Source of the DNA: a virus | IMG/VR virus record: IMGVR_UViG_3300050821_006746 | Span: 32,001 to 96,000 of that record | Length of the DNA: 64,000 bases | Direction: 5' to 3' (one strand) | Shown here: positions 45,126 through 55,734 of the stretch, piece by piece | Layout of the letters: the number at the start of each line of letters is the position of its first letter | How positions within the stretch are numbered: the stretch's first letter is position 1 | Program-made: the position numbers and the translations under genes | Notes under the pieces: model-generated | What the model saw: the letters and a program-made list of their open reading frames with translations, nothing else | What the model was told of the DNA's origin: nothing | Databases searched by the model: none

Positions 45126-46653
45126 TGTGGAAATACAACCCGGTGATACTGTTATCAAGGCTCAAGAAGGACCACAAACCACATTTCTTGAGAATGATGC
45201 AGACATTTGTATTTATGGCGGGAGTGCAGGCGGCGGCAAGTCATGGGCATTGCTGCTTGACGCGCTCTACTATGCTGCACTAGATCCTGTTCCTGGCTTC
45301 GGCGCTGTTATTTTTCGTCGCACGTCTCCACAAATTACACAAGAAGGTGGTTTGTGGGATGAGGCGGCTAAATTGTATCCCCTCGCAGGTGGCATTCCTA
45401 AAACAACGCGCCTTGAGTATGTCTGGCCGCGCAATCAAACCAAAGTGCGCTTTGCCCACATGCAGTATGATAGCGACCGCTTTAACTGGCAGGGCGCACA
45501 AATTGCCTATATTGGATTTGATGAGCTTACCCATTTCACCGAAGAACAGTTCTTTTATATGCCAAGCCGCAACCGTAGCGTTTGTGGCGTTAAACCTCGC
45601 ATGCGTGGGACCGTCAATCCTGATGCTGACTCATGGGTGAAACGTTTCCTTGCTCCTTGGGTAGATGAGGAATGGCCAGTGGAGGATAGGGCGGTGTCTG
45701 GTGAGAAGCGCTGGTTTATTCGTGATGGTCGGCAAATTGTTTGGCTCAAAAAGGGCGAAATGCATCCTGATGCCAAGTCGGTTACGTTTATCAGGGCAAG
45801 TGTCTACGATAATAAGATTTTACTCCAGACCAATCCTGAGTACCTAACTAACCTCAAGTCATTGCCGCTGATTGAGCGCGAACGTTTGCTTAACGGCAAC
45901 TGGTCTATTCGTCCTGAAGGTGGTCAGTACTTCAAGAAACATTGGTTTCCTGTCCTGAGTGTTCGTCCTGGGGATATCGAAGTAGAATGCCGTTATTGGG
46001 ATAAAGCCGCTACTGAGATTGTACCGACTAGTAGTAAGAAGCAAGATCCTGACTATACCGCTTCTGTGCTCCTTGGCAGGCGCAAGGCAGGCGCTTATCC
46101 TCGCTACGTGGTGTTAGATGCCACATGGGATAGAAAGTCACCAGGCGGCGTTGAGAAGCTTGTTAGACAAGTAGCAGAGCATGACGATGAGTGTTATGCA
46201 GACGAACAGGGCGCGTTGATTCACGGTAAATATGTTCGTGTGTGCATCGAAGAAGAAGCCGGGTCCTCTGGCAAGGATGACACCTATACCTTTGTGACAA
46301 AGGTCCTTGACGGGTTTGACGCTCACGGTATACGGGTGACAGGAAGCAAGGAAGTGCGCGCCAAGGCTCCATCAGCTCAGTCTGAGCAAGGGAACATAGC
46401 TCTACTTAAAGCATCGTGGAATGCTGCTTTTCTTGACTTCCTGGAAGCGTTTCCTAATCCGAAAGTACACGATGATCCTGTTGATGCCTTCGATGGTTCT
46501 TATGGCCAACTTAGCGTGTCACGCGTACCATTGGATGGTGAGCCTGAGATAGCAGAAGCGCAAGTAGAAGTGCCAATCCTGCAAGAAATCATCAAACAAC
46601 AATCTGATCCATTTGGCTATTTTGATCGATTGCATGGGGAGGATTGGACGTGA
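45106..46653 (+). CDS. terL: Terminase large subunit
   Basis: GGSAGGGKS Walker A, FDELTHF Walker B, RYWDKA, PDYTA, HDDPVDA. Confidence 0.96.
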   Translation: MITMSPDVEIQPGDTVIKAQEGPQTTFLENDADICIYGGSAGGGKSWALLLDALYYAALDPVPGFGAVIFRRTSPQITQEGGLWDEAAKLYPLAGGIPKTTRLEYVWPRNQTKVRFAHMQYDSDRFNWQGAQIAYIGFDELTHFTEEQFFYMPSRNRSVCGVKPRMRGTVNPDADSWVKRFLAPWVDEEWPVEDRAVSGEKRWFIRDGRQIVWLKKGEMHPDAKSVTFIRASVYDNKILLQTNPEYLTNLKSLPLIERERLLNGNWSIRPEGGQYFKKHWFPVLSVRPGDIEVECRYWDKAATEIVPTSSKKQDPDYTASVLLGRRKAGAYPRYVVLDATWDRKSPGGVEKLVRQVAEHDDECYADEQGALIHGKYVRVCIEEEAGSSGKDDTYTFVTKVLDGFDAHGIRVTGSKEVRAKAPSAQSEQGNIALLKASWNAAFLDFLEAFPNPKVHDDPVDAFDGSYGQLSVSRVPLDGEPEIAEAQVEVPILQEIIKQQSDPFGYFDRLHGEDWT

Positions 46654-47165
46654 ATAACCATCTCTTCCACCACACAAAGCATCCGCATGCCGCTCGCAAT
46701 GTGAATGAGATTCATGAAAGCCAAATGGGTATAGGGGCAAAGATTGCCGATGCGGTTACTGGCGTTATGGGGTCGTGGAAATTCATTATCATTCAAACGG
46801 TAATTGTCGCTTTCTGGATTACTGCGAATGTGTGGCTCTTATCTCATCCCTTTGATCCATTTCCGCTAATTTTACTGAATCTCGTTTTCAGCACACAAGC
46901 GGCCTACGCGTCACCACTTATCCTGATGTCTCAAAACAGACAGTCTATTAAGGACCGTATCACAGCAGACGAGACGTACAGGAATGCACAAAAGGGTGAA
47001 GAGGAAACTCGCGCCGTTATGGAGCATCTGACTTCACAAGATACGGAGTTGCTTACGCAGACACGCGAGTTGTTGAAGCAAACTGATCTTCTTGAAGCAC
47101 AAGCCGCACGAATTGAAAAGTTGCTCAAGCGCATCGATGCTGCAACAGGAAGAGGCGCGGCATGA
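46650..47165 (+). CDS. DUF1003 membrane protein
   Basis: GSWKFII...FDPFPLILLNLVFSTQAAYASPLILMSQNRQ. Confidence 0.9.
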   Translation: MNNHLFHHTKHPHAARNVNEIHESQMGIGAKIADAVTGVMGSWKFIIIQTVIVAFWITANVWLLSHPFDPFPLILLNLVFSTQAAYASPLILMSQNRQSIKDRITADETYRNAQKGEEETRAVMEHLTSQDTELLTQTRELLKQTDLLEAQAARIEKLLKRIDAATGRGAA

Positions 47166-47639
47166 TAGAACCAAACATCGATTTAGCCACGTTCAGGAAG
47201 AATCTACGCAATCTGTTGCATTGGAACCTAGATCCGCTCTCTACTGCTGAGATACTTAAATCTGGTGATGCTTTGCATTGTCCTGAGTGCAAGAAATTGC
47301 GATATGTGATGTTCAAAACTGCTACCACCGAAACGCCTTTGCTCTATTTCGGTGATTATTGCGTGTGTCCATCGCAAGAAGATGTACAAGAGTACGAGCA
47401 GGCTCTTGCGCTGGTTCGTGATTTCCCACCGATACGAGAAATGGCAGAGGTGGCTGATGATCCAAATGCAGGCATCCTTACCCACGAAAAGATGACGACG
47501 TTCTTGGATGATTTGAAAAGTGGGAGGGTTGGCTGATGAACGCTGTTGCCGCTTCTGGACTGGCTATGCTCATCTCTATGGCGTTTGTGTGCGGGATTGT
47601 GGCGTATTTGATACGGGATACGGTTGTGGAGGGGAATAA

Positions 47640-48218
47640 GTGATGGTTGCATTAGCGAAGCCTTTTGTTAGAACATCAACAAGCAATGAGTGGTACACGC
47701 CTTTCCAATATGTAGAGGCTGCTAGGTTGCTTATGGGCACAATAGACCTCGATCCTGCCAGCAGTTCAGATGCCAATATGACTATCAGGGCTACGGTTTA
47801 CTATGACGCTCAGGCCAATGGCCTGAGCGTCCCGTGGAGTGGCAGGGTGTGGCTCAATCCACCCTACGGCACAACAAATGGGCAAAGCAATCAGGGAATT
47901 TGGACACGACGCTGTATCTATGAGTATCAAGTCGGCAATGTAAAAGAAGCCATTTTGCTTATCACGGCAGCAACGGATATGAAGTGGTTTCAAGTGCTTT
48001 GGAACTACCCACTTTGTTTTGTCGATCATGGGATTTACTTCTATCGTCCTCAAGAAAATGACGAAATGAAGCATGGGCAAGGTTCTTGTGTTGCCTATTT
48101 GGGACATCAAGAAGGGCGTTTTACTGATATCTTTCGCAAGTTTGGCCCAATCATGCGCCGTGTCGATAAGCCTTGTGAGATTGCACCTCTCAGTTTATGG
48201 GAGGTGAGCAATGTCTAG
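47640..48218 (+). CDS. Second phage DNA N6-adenine methyltransferase
   Basis: NEWYTP, IDLDPAS, WLNPPYG; paralogue of 16316-16927. Confidence 0.9.
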   Translation: MMVALAKPFVRTSTSNEWYTPFQYVEAARLLMGTIDLDPASSSDANMTIRATVYYDAQANGLSVPWSGRVWLNPPYGTTNGQSNQGIWTRRCIYEYQVGNVKEAILLITAATDMKWFQVLWNYPLCFVDHGIYFYRPQENDEMKHGQGSCVAYLGHQEGRFTDIFRKFGPIMRRVDKPCEIAPLSLWEVSNV

Positions 48219-49932
48219 ACGCTACTCCTCTGCACAAAAACAGGCTCAGGTATTACGTCGTCGTGTTGAGCGCCAAGAGAAAGTTAACCCTTTGTACGCG
48301 GGATATTCTGTAATATCTGATATGTCGCAACCGCGTACTATGTCTCGTGATATACGAACTTACATCAATGAAGGTTACTGTGGCAATGATACCCTTAACA
48401 AAGTAATCGGGTATGGTATAACAAATGGTGCGGCTATACCTCCTGTGCTCTTTACAGACCGAACGATGAAAAAGCGGATTAATAATCATCCAATCCTCGA
48501 TAAATTGGAAAATCCAAACTCTGAGATGGATGGTGTGTTTTATCGAGAGTGTGTGCTTGGCTGGTTTCTGCTTGCAGGATCTAGTTTTATGTATATCAAT
48601 CGTGTTGCCAAAGCAGGCCCACCCGATGAAATGTGGGTGCTTGAGTCAAACAAGGTCAAACCAATCCCTGATGAGAAGCGCGGCATTACAGGCTACGAGT
48701 ATGCTGATTTTCCTGCTGAGAAAAACCCGATCAAGCCAAATCTTATTGGTCATATGCGCAATTGGAATCCGCGAGATCCTTTCTTTGGCTTGTCTCCAAT
48801 CACTGTAGCGGCAATTCTTGTTGACCAACAATCAGCAATCAGGAAGTGGAATTTAGCGCTCTTACAGAACTTTGCAAAGCCTCCTGGTGCGTGGGTAACT
48901 GATGCTATTCTTGCTCCAAACGATAGGGCAAAACTTGAGGCAAGAGTCAATGAGAAGTTAACCGGATTTCGCAACGCCGGTAAGACGCCAGTGCTAGACG
49001 GCGCTCTCAAGTGGATGCCATCGGCGGTTTCGCCCGCTGATATGGATTGGTTAGAGAGCACTAAGTACAATGCTGGTGCTATTGCAAATGTTTTTAACAT
49101 GCCGCCCCAATTAATTGGTGATACATCATCCACAACATTTGATAACATGCAGGAAGCCAAAGCCGCAAGTTACACAGAATACATTTTCCCGATGCTGGAT
49201 AAAGAATACAGCACATTGCGTCGTTGGCTTGTGCCTATGTACCCTGATCTGTGCGATAGAAGCGGCAAGCCAGTTGCTTATCTCTACTATGACAAAGAGA
49301 GTGTTGAGGTAGTCCAGGCTGTTATACAAGCACGTAAAACCGCTGCTTCCCAAAGGGCCAATCAGTCATGGTCACAAGGCGCGGCGTCCTCCTGTACGCT
49401 CAATGAAGCCAGAGAGATGCAAGGATTGCCGCCTGATCCTCAAGGCGATATCTACCGTATTGGCGGTGTGTACGTGCGAAAAACCGATCTGGACAAATAC
49501 GCAGAGCAATCACTGACAGTTCCCGCAGCGCCGCCTATGCCTATCCCTGAGCCAATCGAGGATACTGGCAATCCGAGCAACCCAAGTAACCCGAATAATA
49601 CACAAGACGACACGCAACCTGCGAACGGCACAAAGCCGACGCCTGGAAAGAAGCCCAATGCAACTAATCCTGGCGATAGCAATAGCGGTAATAGCAAGCC
49701 TGGCAATAAGCCTGCCGCTAAACCTGCTAGTAAGCCGAAGAGTCGTGAGATCGGAGATCCAGAAGCACTTGATCTTACGAGCAAGCAGGATAAGGACACC
49801 AACCGAGCGGTGGAAGTCGAGAGAGAGCGATGGACCGACGACGCTTCCGAGCGCATAGACGTGGGAAGCAATGATGAGAAGCGTATCAAGCGAGAAAATT
49901 ATAGAAAATTTATGGATGAGGTATTAGTATGA
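48211..49932 (+). CDS. Portal protein (HK97 type) with Pro/Asn/Lys-rich tail
   Basis: HPILDKLENPN, FFGLSPI, NFAKPPG, IANVFNMPPQLIG, TLNEAREMQGLPP. Confidence 0.93.
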   Translation: MSRRYSSAQKQAQVLRRRVERQEKVNPLYAGYSVISDMSQPRTMSRDIRTYINEGYCGNDTLNKVIGYGITNGAAIPPVLFTDRTMKKRINNHPILDKLENPNSEMDGVFYRECVLGWFLLAGSSFMYINRVAKAGPPDEMWVLESNKVKPIPDEKRGITGYEYADFPAEKNPIKPNLIGHMRNWNPRDPFFGLSPITVAAILVDQQSAIRKWNLALLQNFAKPPGAWVTDAILAPNDRAKLEARVNEKLTGFRNAGKTPVLDGALKWMPSAVSPADMDWLESTKYNAGAIANVFNMPPQLIGDTSSTTFDNMQEAKAASYTEYIFPMLDKEYSTLRRWLVPMYPDLCDRSGKPVAYLYYDKESVEVVQAVIQARKTAASQRANQSWSQGAASSCTLNEAREMQGLPPDPQGDIYRIGGVYVRKTDLDKYAEQSLTVPAAPPMPIPEPIEDTGNPSNPSNPNNTQDDTQPANGTKPTPGKKPNATNPGDSNSGNSKPGNKPAAKPASKPKSREIGDPEALDLTSKQDKDTNRAVEVERERWTDDASERIDVGSNDEKRIKRENYRKFMDEVLV

Positions 49933-51288
49933 AGACGAATGCAGAGCTTTTTAATAGAGCAACGCATGCAGGCTATGACTATAAAAAAGTCTTTGGCGTA
50001 TATCCCGAAAAGATTGGCATTGCATATGACCGCATGAAGCACTTTCTCTATACAAGTGTTAATTTTCCTGAAATGGAAGATGCCACGATTGCATCCTTTT
50101 CTCTTGTTGACGAGAATTGGCCAACTGTCGGATTCCATACAGTCCCTTTTGTTCCTATTCTGGGAGATACCATTGATCCCGATGAAGTCTATCTGCCAGA
50201 TCCGAAAATGGGCGACAAAGCTTTTAGTGGTTTGGCGCTTTGTCGCATGGTTGAGACAAATGGGGCTTTCTATGAAATGATGCTTTATCAAATGGCAAGA
50301 GAGGTATTGGTATGAGCATATTAAGATTCGTAAAGTGTGAAATGTGCAAAAATACATTTCAATTGCCATTGGTATCATCTCTTGCCCCCTACGAGTTACC
50401 CGCTCTTTGGCTAACTCTTTACGAAGGCAACTCAGCAAATCATGAAGGTAAGCATTTTTGCTCTGAGGAATGCCTGCGGCAATATTTTCAGATAGCGACT
50501 ATGCCGCAAAAAACAGAGCTACCGTCGCTTGACGAAGATGACGACCTACCACCAGATGAGTTCTTGCCATTCAGAGGCAAGTGTTTGCCTGATGGTCGCG
50601 TTGTGTCTTTGGCTGATGGGGCTATTTATATTCCAGAGCCACAAGAGAATCCAGATTGCAAGGCGCGGCGCTTCCTTCTTGCAGATGGTGAGACAGCGGA
50701 GTTTACCGATGGTGTGAAGTGGGGCGATGGGAAGGTTTCCATTGAAGCAAAAAATCAGAATGAAATATGGACATACGATGCATGGGATGATTTGAAAAAA
50801 GCGAATCAAGGCTCTGGCGTGCAATGGATCGATCAGGAGGTGAGCAAGTGAGTATGCCGCCTAGTAAGATTGATATCTACATCGATGGGCAAAAACTTAC
50901 CTACGGTTTGTTGCTTGATAAGCCGCAAGAGGGACGCCGCGCCATTTTCTTGCTTGCTCAAAGTTATGGTAAGCATGAGCATCATAGCGTTGCTGATTTG
51001 GAATGCGGGAATATTGCCAGGGTTTTGGATGGACGCCAGACAGCATTGAGAGAAGCTGCTGCTAATCGCTTTCCTGAAGATCCACGATCTACAAGAATAC
51101 ATGCTTTGCATTATAAGGCTGTAGAGAAAACACCAAACTATCTTGCATGGAAATATGTGTGGCGAAATATCCAGCAAAAGCATATAGATTGGCTCTATCA
51201 ATTGCGTGGTTGCGGCTTTATCAGTGGGCTTATTGTTGACTACGATTCTGAGTATCAAGGTGACATCATCCCACCTGGTCAAATGGCG

Positions 51289-51324
51289 ATTGTTGGCGAA
51301 GCTGGTAACGATGAAATCGTGTAT
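51289..51324 (+). repeat. 36-bp exact repeat, copy 1 (copy 2 at 59041-59076)
   Basis: ATTGTTGGCGAAGCTGGTAACGATGAAATCGTGTAT. Confidence 0.9.
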
Positions 51325-51335
51325 GGAGGTACTGA

Positions 51336-53048
51336 GTGAGCAACAGTTTGACAGCAACACAGAATAACAAATCTATTCGAGAAGAAAAGACGATCCAATT
51401 TAAGATTGAAGCCAAAGGCATTTCCACAAATGCGCAAGGGCAACAGGTTGGCAAGATAGAAGCATTTGGGGCAATGTACAACAACGTTGACGATGGGGGA
51501 GATAAGATCTTGCCGACAGCTTTCTCTCGCACTGTCAAAAATAGCAAAACGCGTGCCGAATCGAGAAACAAGCCCTACTTGCTCAAGATGTTGTGGCAGC
51601 ATAAAACCGATGAGGTTATTGGCGGCTGGTATGATGTCGATCCTAACGATCCCGAAGGGCTGCGCTGCAAGGGAGATATTTTGCTTTCTACCCAGCGAGG
51701 GCAAGAGTATTACGATCTGGCAATTGCCGAAATGATGGATGAGTTTTCAATCATCTATGAAGTAATGCCTGGTGGTTCTACCTGGACCAAAGATGGTGTG
51801 CGCGAATTGTCTGAATTACGCCTTTTCTCTGTAGATCCTGTTACCTGGGGCATGAACGACAAAACATACACGGTTGGTATTAAATCAATGGATACAGAGC
51901 AAAAAACCGCATGTGGCAGTACATCCGGTCCAATCGGGCCACGTGACGAATCGTGGAGTGGGAGCGCCGCCGAAAAGTGGATATGGGGCAAGGCACTAGG
52001 CGATGACGACAAAGTAAAATCTGCCATTGCCAAGAAATACTTCATGAAACTTGACGGAGATCCAACGCTTAAAGGCTCATACGGGTATCCATTTTGGATC
52101 AACGACCATATCAGCGTTGGTGGCGTTAAGGCAGTTGCGGGCGCTCTCTCAGGTGCCAGAAACGCCGATGCTGGTGGGGATACAGCAGGCATGAAGAAGA
52201 AAGTGGAAACACTTTATCGGCGCATAAATTCTAAGTATCCCGAAGCAGATCCGCTTACGCCGCCGTGGAAAGACGACGATGGTAAGTCTGGAGGAAGAGA
52301 TATGCAACTTAAGACTCTCATGGAGCACTACAATCAGCAAATGGCCTGTGATTTGCTGAGGGACTGGTCAGATGTTTACCTGGCTTCACTTACTCAGGCT
52401 ATCTTTGACGCCTTTACCGTTGGGGATGTCGATAGCGATGTATCACAGGCGCTTGACGACTTCAAGGCGCTCATTTTGGGTAAGTTTGTGCAGCAAGCAG
52501 AAGACGTGGATCTATGCGGCTATCTTGCCGACAACTCCTATTCCTATACACCTGGTCTATCTGCCATGCAGAATGGCTCAGGAGGTTATGGATACATGTC
52601 TCGTTCTAGCCAGATGGACCAGAAGGCAGGTAAGCCAATCAGCGCCGCCAATCAGAAGATCATTGATGACCATGTGAAGGCTATGAAGTCTATGGCGAAA
52701 CAAGCCAAAGCTGATATGCAAACGCATGTCGATTCAATGAACGATACCGTTGACAGTATGTCTGGTAGCAGTAGCGATAGTGGCAAATCTCTTGGCACTC
52801 TTGCCCAAAAAGCAGGACGCCCCTTGAGTGCAACTAACGCTAATGCACTGCACGATATGGCTGATAAGGCTATGTCGATTATGCAGGATCACACGAAGGC
52901 ACTCAGCAAAGCCGCCAATGGATTAGCTGATGCTGTGACGCCACCTGTGAGTGATACCGATGGTGAAGATCCTATGGATGACCAGGATGAACAGGTAGAA
53001 AAGAGCCTGAGAGATGGCTTGCTAGAACTCAAGGCACTCTCAGCATAG
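51336..53048 (+). CDS. HK97-family prohead protease with scaffold-like extension
   Basis: VDDGGDKILPTAF, MLWQH, FSIIY, RELSELRLFSVDPVTWGMN; repeated QKAGxPxSAxN. Confidence 0.9.
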   Translation: MSNSLTATQNNKSIREEKTIQFKIEAKGISTNAQGQQVGKIEAFGAMYNNVDDGGDKILPTAFSRTVKNSKTRAESRNKPYLLKMLWQHKTDEVIGGWYDVDPNDPEGLRCKGDILLSTQRGQEYYDLAIAEMMDEFSIIYEVMPGGSTWTKDGVRELSELRLFSVDPVTWGMNDKTYTVGIKSMDTEQKTACGSTSGPIGPRDESWSGSAAEKWIWGKALGDDDKVKSAIAKKYFMKLDGDPTLKGSYGYPFWINDHISVGGVKAVAGALSGARNADAGGDTAGMKKKVETLYRRINSKYPEADPLTPPWKDDDGKSGGRDMQLKTLMEHYNQQMACDLLRDWSDVYLASLTQAIFDAFTVGDVDSDVSQALDDFKALILGKFVQQAEDVDLCGYLADNSYSYTPGLSAMQNGSGGYGYMSRSSQMDQKAGKPISAANQKIIDDHVKAMKSMAKQAKADMQTHVDSMNDTVDSMSGSSSDSGKSLGTLAQKAGRPLSATNANALHDMADKAMSIMQDHTKALSKAANGLADAVTPPVSDTDGEDPMDDQDEQVEKSLRDGLLELKALSA

Positions 53049-53217
53049 AAATAACAAACAGACAGAAGGAACCACAGACAGCGTTCTGAAGTTCGCCCGT
53101 GAGTGTCCGCGCAATACTCACACCGAGCAAAGTACACCCGCCTGAGAAGCACTGTACAGAGAAGATCGACTGCACTACGTACCGGAGTCGCATGAAAAAC
53201 GACAAAGGACTAAGTAC

Positions 53218-54537
53218 ATGTCAGTTTCAGCTTTAGAAGTTAAAGAGTTGGTGGACGAGACGAAATCTCTCCACGCAAAACTCATGCAGCGTGTGGATGA
53301 ATCCGACAAAGAGCGGAAAGAAGCACACGAAAGCCTGACCAGTCAGACCGCCAAGATGTTTGGCGAAGCAACGGCAACCATCGAGCGCATTAACGCTGAG
53401 TTTGCCAAGTTGCAGGAAAAGTACGATGCACTTGACCGTGAGCGCAAAGAGGCACAACTTGCCGCTAATCGCCCACCGTTCCACGGAGTCGAGTTTGGCA
53501 AGAAGCAGCGATCCGATGCCCACAAGGCATGGATGAAGGCTATCAAGACTCGTGACAACGGCCTTCACCTGACATCAGAAGAGAAGTCGCTGATTATCCC
53601 TGCCTACATGCCAATGGAGCAGAAAGCTCTGTACGCTGCCGACGCGACCACAGGTGGCTACTTTGCTGCTACGGATTTCTTGGACGAACTGCTCGCCTAT
53701 CGCTTGCTGATCTCGCCTATGCGCTCGATTTGCCGTGTGCAGGCTACTTCGGGTGAAAAGGTTCAGATGCCCTCTCTGGCAAACGATACCACGGTCTTCT
53801 GGGCTGCTGAGCAAGCGGCGTTCCAGAACTCGCAAGATCCATCCACGAGCATGGTTGAGATCCCTGTGCATGAGATCCGTGCATTACTCAAAATCTCTCA
53901 GCAGAACTTGGAAGATAGCCAGTTCAATCTGGAAGATTTTATGAAACAAAGGATGATGCTCGGTTTCGCAAAAAAAGAAGGTTCTGCATTTGTTGCTGGT
54001 AGCGGCAATGGACAGCCCCAAGGCATCATGACCTTCCCGACGAAGGCTACTACATCCTACGCAGGTGGAAGTGCTGGTAAAAACAATGTTACCGATGCTA
54101 TCCCATACGTGCTTTCTGGCGGCGCTGCTGGCAACATCATTCAGGAAGACATCACCAATGTGCTGATGGACCTGAAAGCCGATTACGACAACGCCAACAC
54201 GGCATACATCTTCACTCGTGGAACACTCAACACGATCAGACTCTTCAAGGACTCCATCGGTCGTCCTCTGTGGATTCCCTTTGGCGCTGATGTCCCCTCC
54301 ACGGTTAACAATCGCAAATATGTCGAGATGCCTGATATGCCTGAAATTGCGAGCGGAAACTTCCCAATTGCGGTTGGCGATTTCAGCAACTACATGATCG
54401 TTGATCGTGTGAACCTGGCTATTCGCGAGCTTGACGAGTTGTTTGCTGTTTCCGGTCTCGTAGGCTTTATTGCCCGTATGCGAGTTGGCGGCCAATGCTT
54501 GCTTCCCGAAAGTTTTCGTGAGCTTAAAATCAACTAG
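53218..54537 (+). CDS. Major capsid protein (HK97 fold, delta domain)
   Basis: Coiled-coil N-terminus, TGGYFA, ISQQNLEDSQFNLE, GSGNGQPQGI, GDFSNYMIVDR, RVGG. Confidence 0.96.
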   Translation: MSVSALEVKELVDETKSLHAKLMQRVDESDKERKEAHESLTSQTAKMFGEATATIERINAEFAKLQEKYDALDRERKEAQLAANRPPFHGVEFGKKQRSDAHKAWMKAIKTRDNGLHLTSEEKSLIIPAYMPMEQKALYAADATTGGYFAATDFLDELLAYRLLISPMRSICRVQATSGEKVQMPSLANDTTVFWAAEQAAFQNSQDPSTSMVEIPVHEIRALLKISQQNLEDSQFNLEDFMKQRMMLGFAKKEGSAFVAGSGNGQPQGIMTFPTKATTSYAGGSAGKNNVTDAIPYVLSGGAAGNIIQEDITNVLMDLKADYDNANTAYIFTRGTLNTIRLFKDSIGRPLWIPFGADVPSTVNNRKYVEMPDMPEIASGNFPIAVGDFSNYMIVDRVNLAIRELDELFAVSGLVGFIARMRVGGQCLLPESFRELKIN

Positions 54538-54563
54538 TGTAAAAGTACATAGGAGATAAATAA

Positions 54564-55082
54564 ATGCGTGATATTGTATCTGAGGTTGGTACGTTTTACA
54601 CAGGCTTAACGGCTTGCCCGACCATCTCTAGCACACAGACATCCGCTGGCGTGGCGTTGTCAGGCTTCGATGGAGCTATGGTTTATATCCTCAATCCCAC
54701 GGCCACGAGCGCTGGTACCATGACACCTGTTATCCAGGTCACAAACGACAACGCGGGATCGCCAAACTCGTCTAACTGGACAAACGTCGCTGCTACTGAC
54801 CTTGTATGCTGGAACGCTACGAGCAACAGCGTCTACACGCCGGCTAAGGTCAATGATGCTAATGGCTTGCCTACTGGCAACAGTCAGCCTACGGTACTCA
54901 ATTCCAGTACAGCGATTAACCAGCGTATTGGCTACATTGGCACGAACTTTACCACAGGCGGTGGTACCACCCTCGAAGCTGATTGGATTCGCGTTGTGTC
55001 TACCGTCGCATCGTCCTGGTCGGCGCCGTATGACGTGATTATCTGCCTGGGACGTGCTCGTGTGAAGCCTAGTGCGGTATAG
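54564..55082 (+). CDS. Putative capsid decoration protein
   Basis: Thr/Ala-rich protein directly after the capsid gene. Confidence 0.5.
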   Translation: MRDIVSEVGTFYTGLTACPTISSTQTSAGVALSGFDGAMVYILNPTATSAGTMTPVIQVTNDNAGSPNSSNWTNVAATDLVCWNATSNSVYTPAKVNDANGLPTGNSQPTVLNSSTAINQRIGYIGTNFTTGGGTTLEADWIRVVSTVASSWSAPYDVIICLGRARVKPSAV

Positions 55083-55099
55083 AGAAGGAGCAATAAATC

Positions 55100-55660
55100 A
55101 TGGCTTATCCTACTGTTCCTACTCAGCCGTCGTTGCAATCCGCGCCGCTTGATGGACAAAAAGCGACCTATTCGGCATCTGCGCTCAAGCTTGGTGTTGC
55201 AACGGGCGCGAATGTGGTTTTTACGCTGACAGGTAGCGCTACGAAAACCGTTCGTGTCACGCGCATTGAGATGTCAGGCACATGTGCGACTACTGCCAAA
55301 GACATCAACTTTTTCATTGCAAAGTACTCAACTGCTGCTACAGGCGGCACTACTGGTACTGCTCCAACGATTGCGCCTCACGACGCCAATAGTGCGGCGG
55401 CATCGGCGGCGGTTGCTGTTTACACAGCCGATCCTACCGCTGGTACATCTGTCGGAACTATCCGCTCAGGCAACCTGTTTATGGCGGTTACTGGAGGCAC
55501 TGTTGCAACTGGCATGTATGCCGCTAACTTTGGTGATCGCCCATCACAAGATCTCGTGTTGCGCGGCATTGCTCAGCAGCTCGCTATCAGTCTTAATGGC
55601 GAAAATACTGCTACATCGGTCATGGATATAGTGGTTGAATGGGTAGAAGACAATAGCTAA
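55100..55660 (+). CDS. Putative virion structural protein
   Basis: Thr/Ala-rich composition; position in the head module. Confidence 0.5.
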   Translation: MAYPTVPTQPSLQSAPLDGQKATYSASALKLGVATGANVVFTLTGSATKTVRVTRIEMSGTCATTAKDINFFIAKYSTAATGGTTGTAPTIAPHDANSAAASAAVAVYTADPTAGTSVGTIRSGNLFMAVTGGTVATGMYAANFGDRPSQDLVLRGIAQQLAISLNGENTATSVMDIVVEWVEDNS

Positions 55661-55734
55661 ATGAACGCTGTTCTGGGAAGCGAAAGAAGCATTTCTCCTC
55701 GCTTCCCAGACGGATATGCCAGGAGGGCATCTAA

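Noticed and set aside
49452-49889. Long antisense ORFs opposite portal, capsid and rep genes (also 53884-54495 and 24925-25455)
   Set aside because: Shadow frames of strongly supported genes; low complexity, no SD or motifs
48200-50847. GGAGGTGAGCAA repeat as a cassette boundary
   Set aside because: Mostly consensus SD, and it brackets the essential portal gene, so it was not counted as evidence
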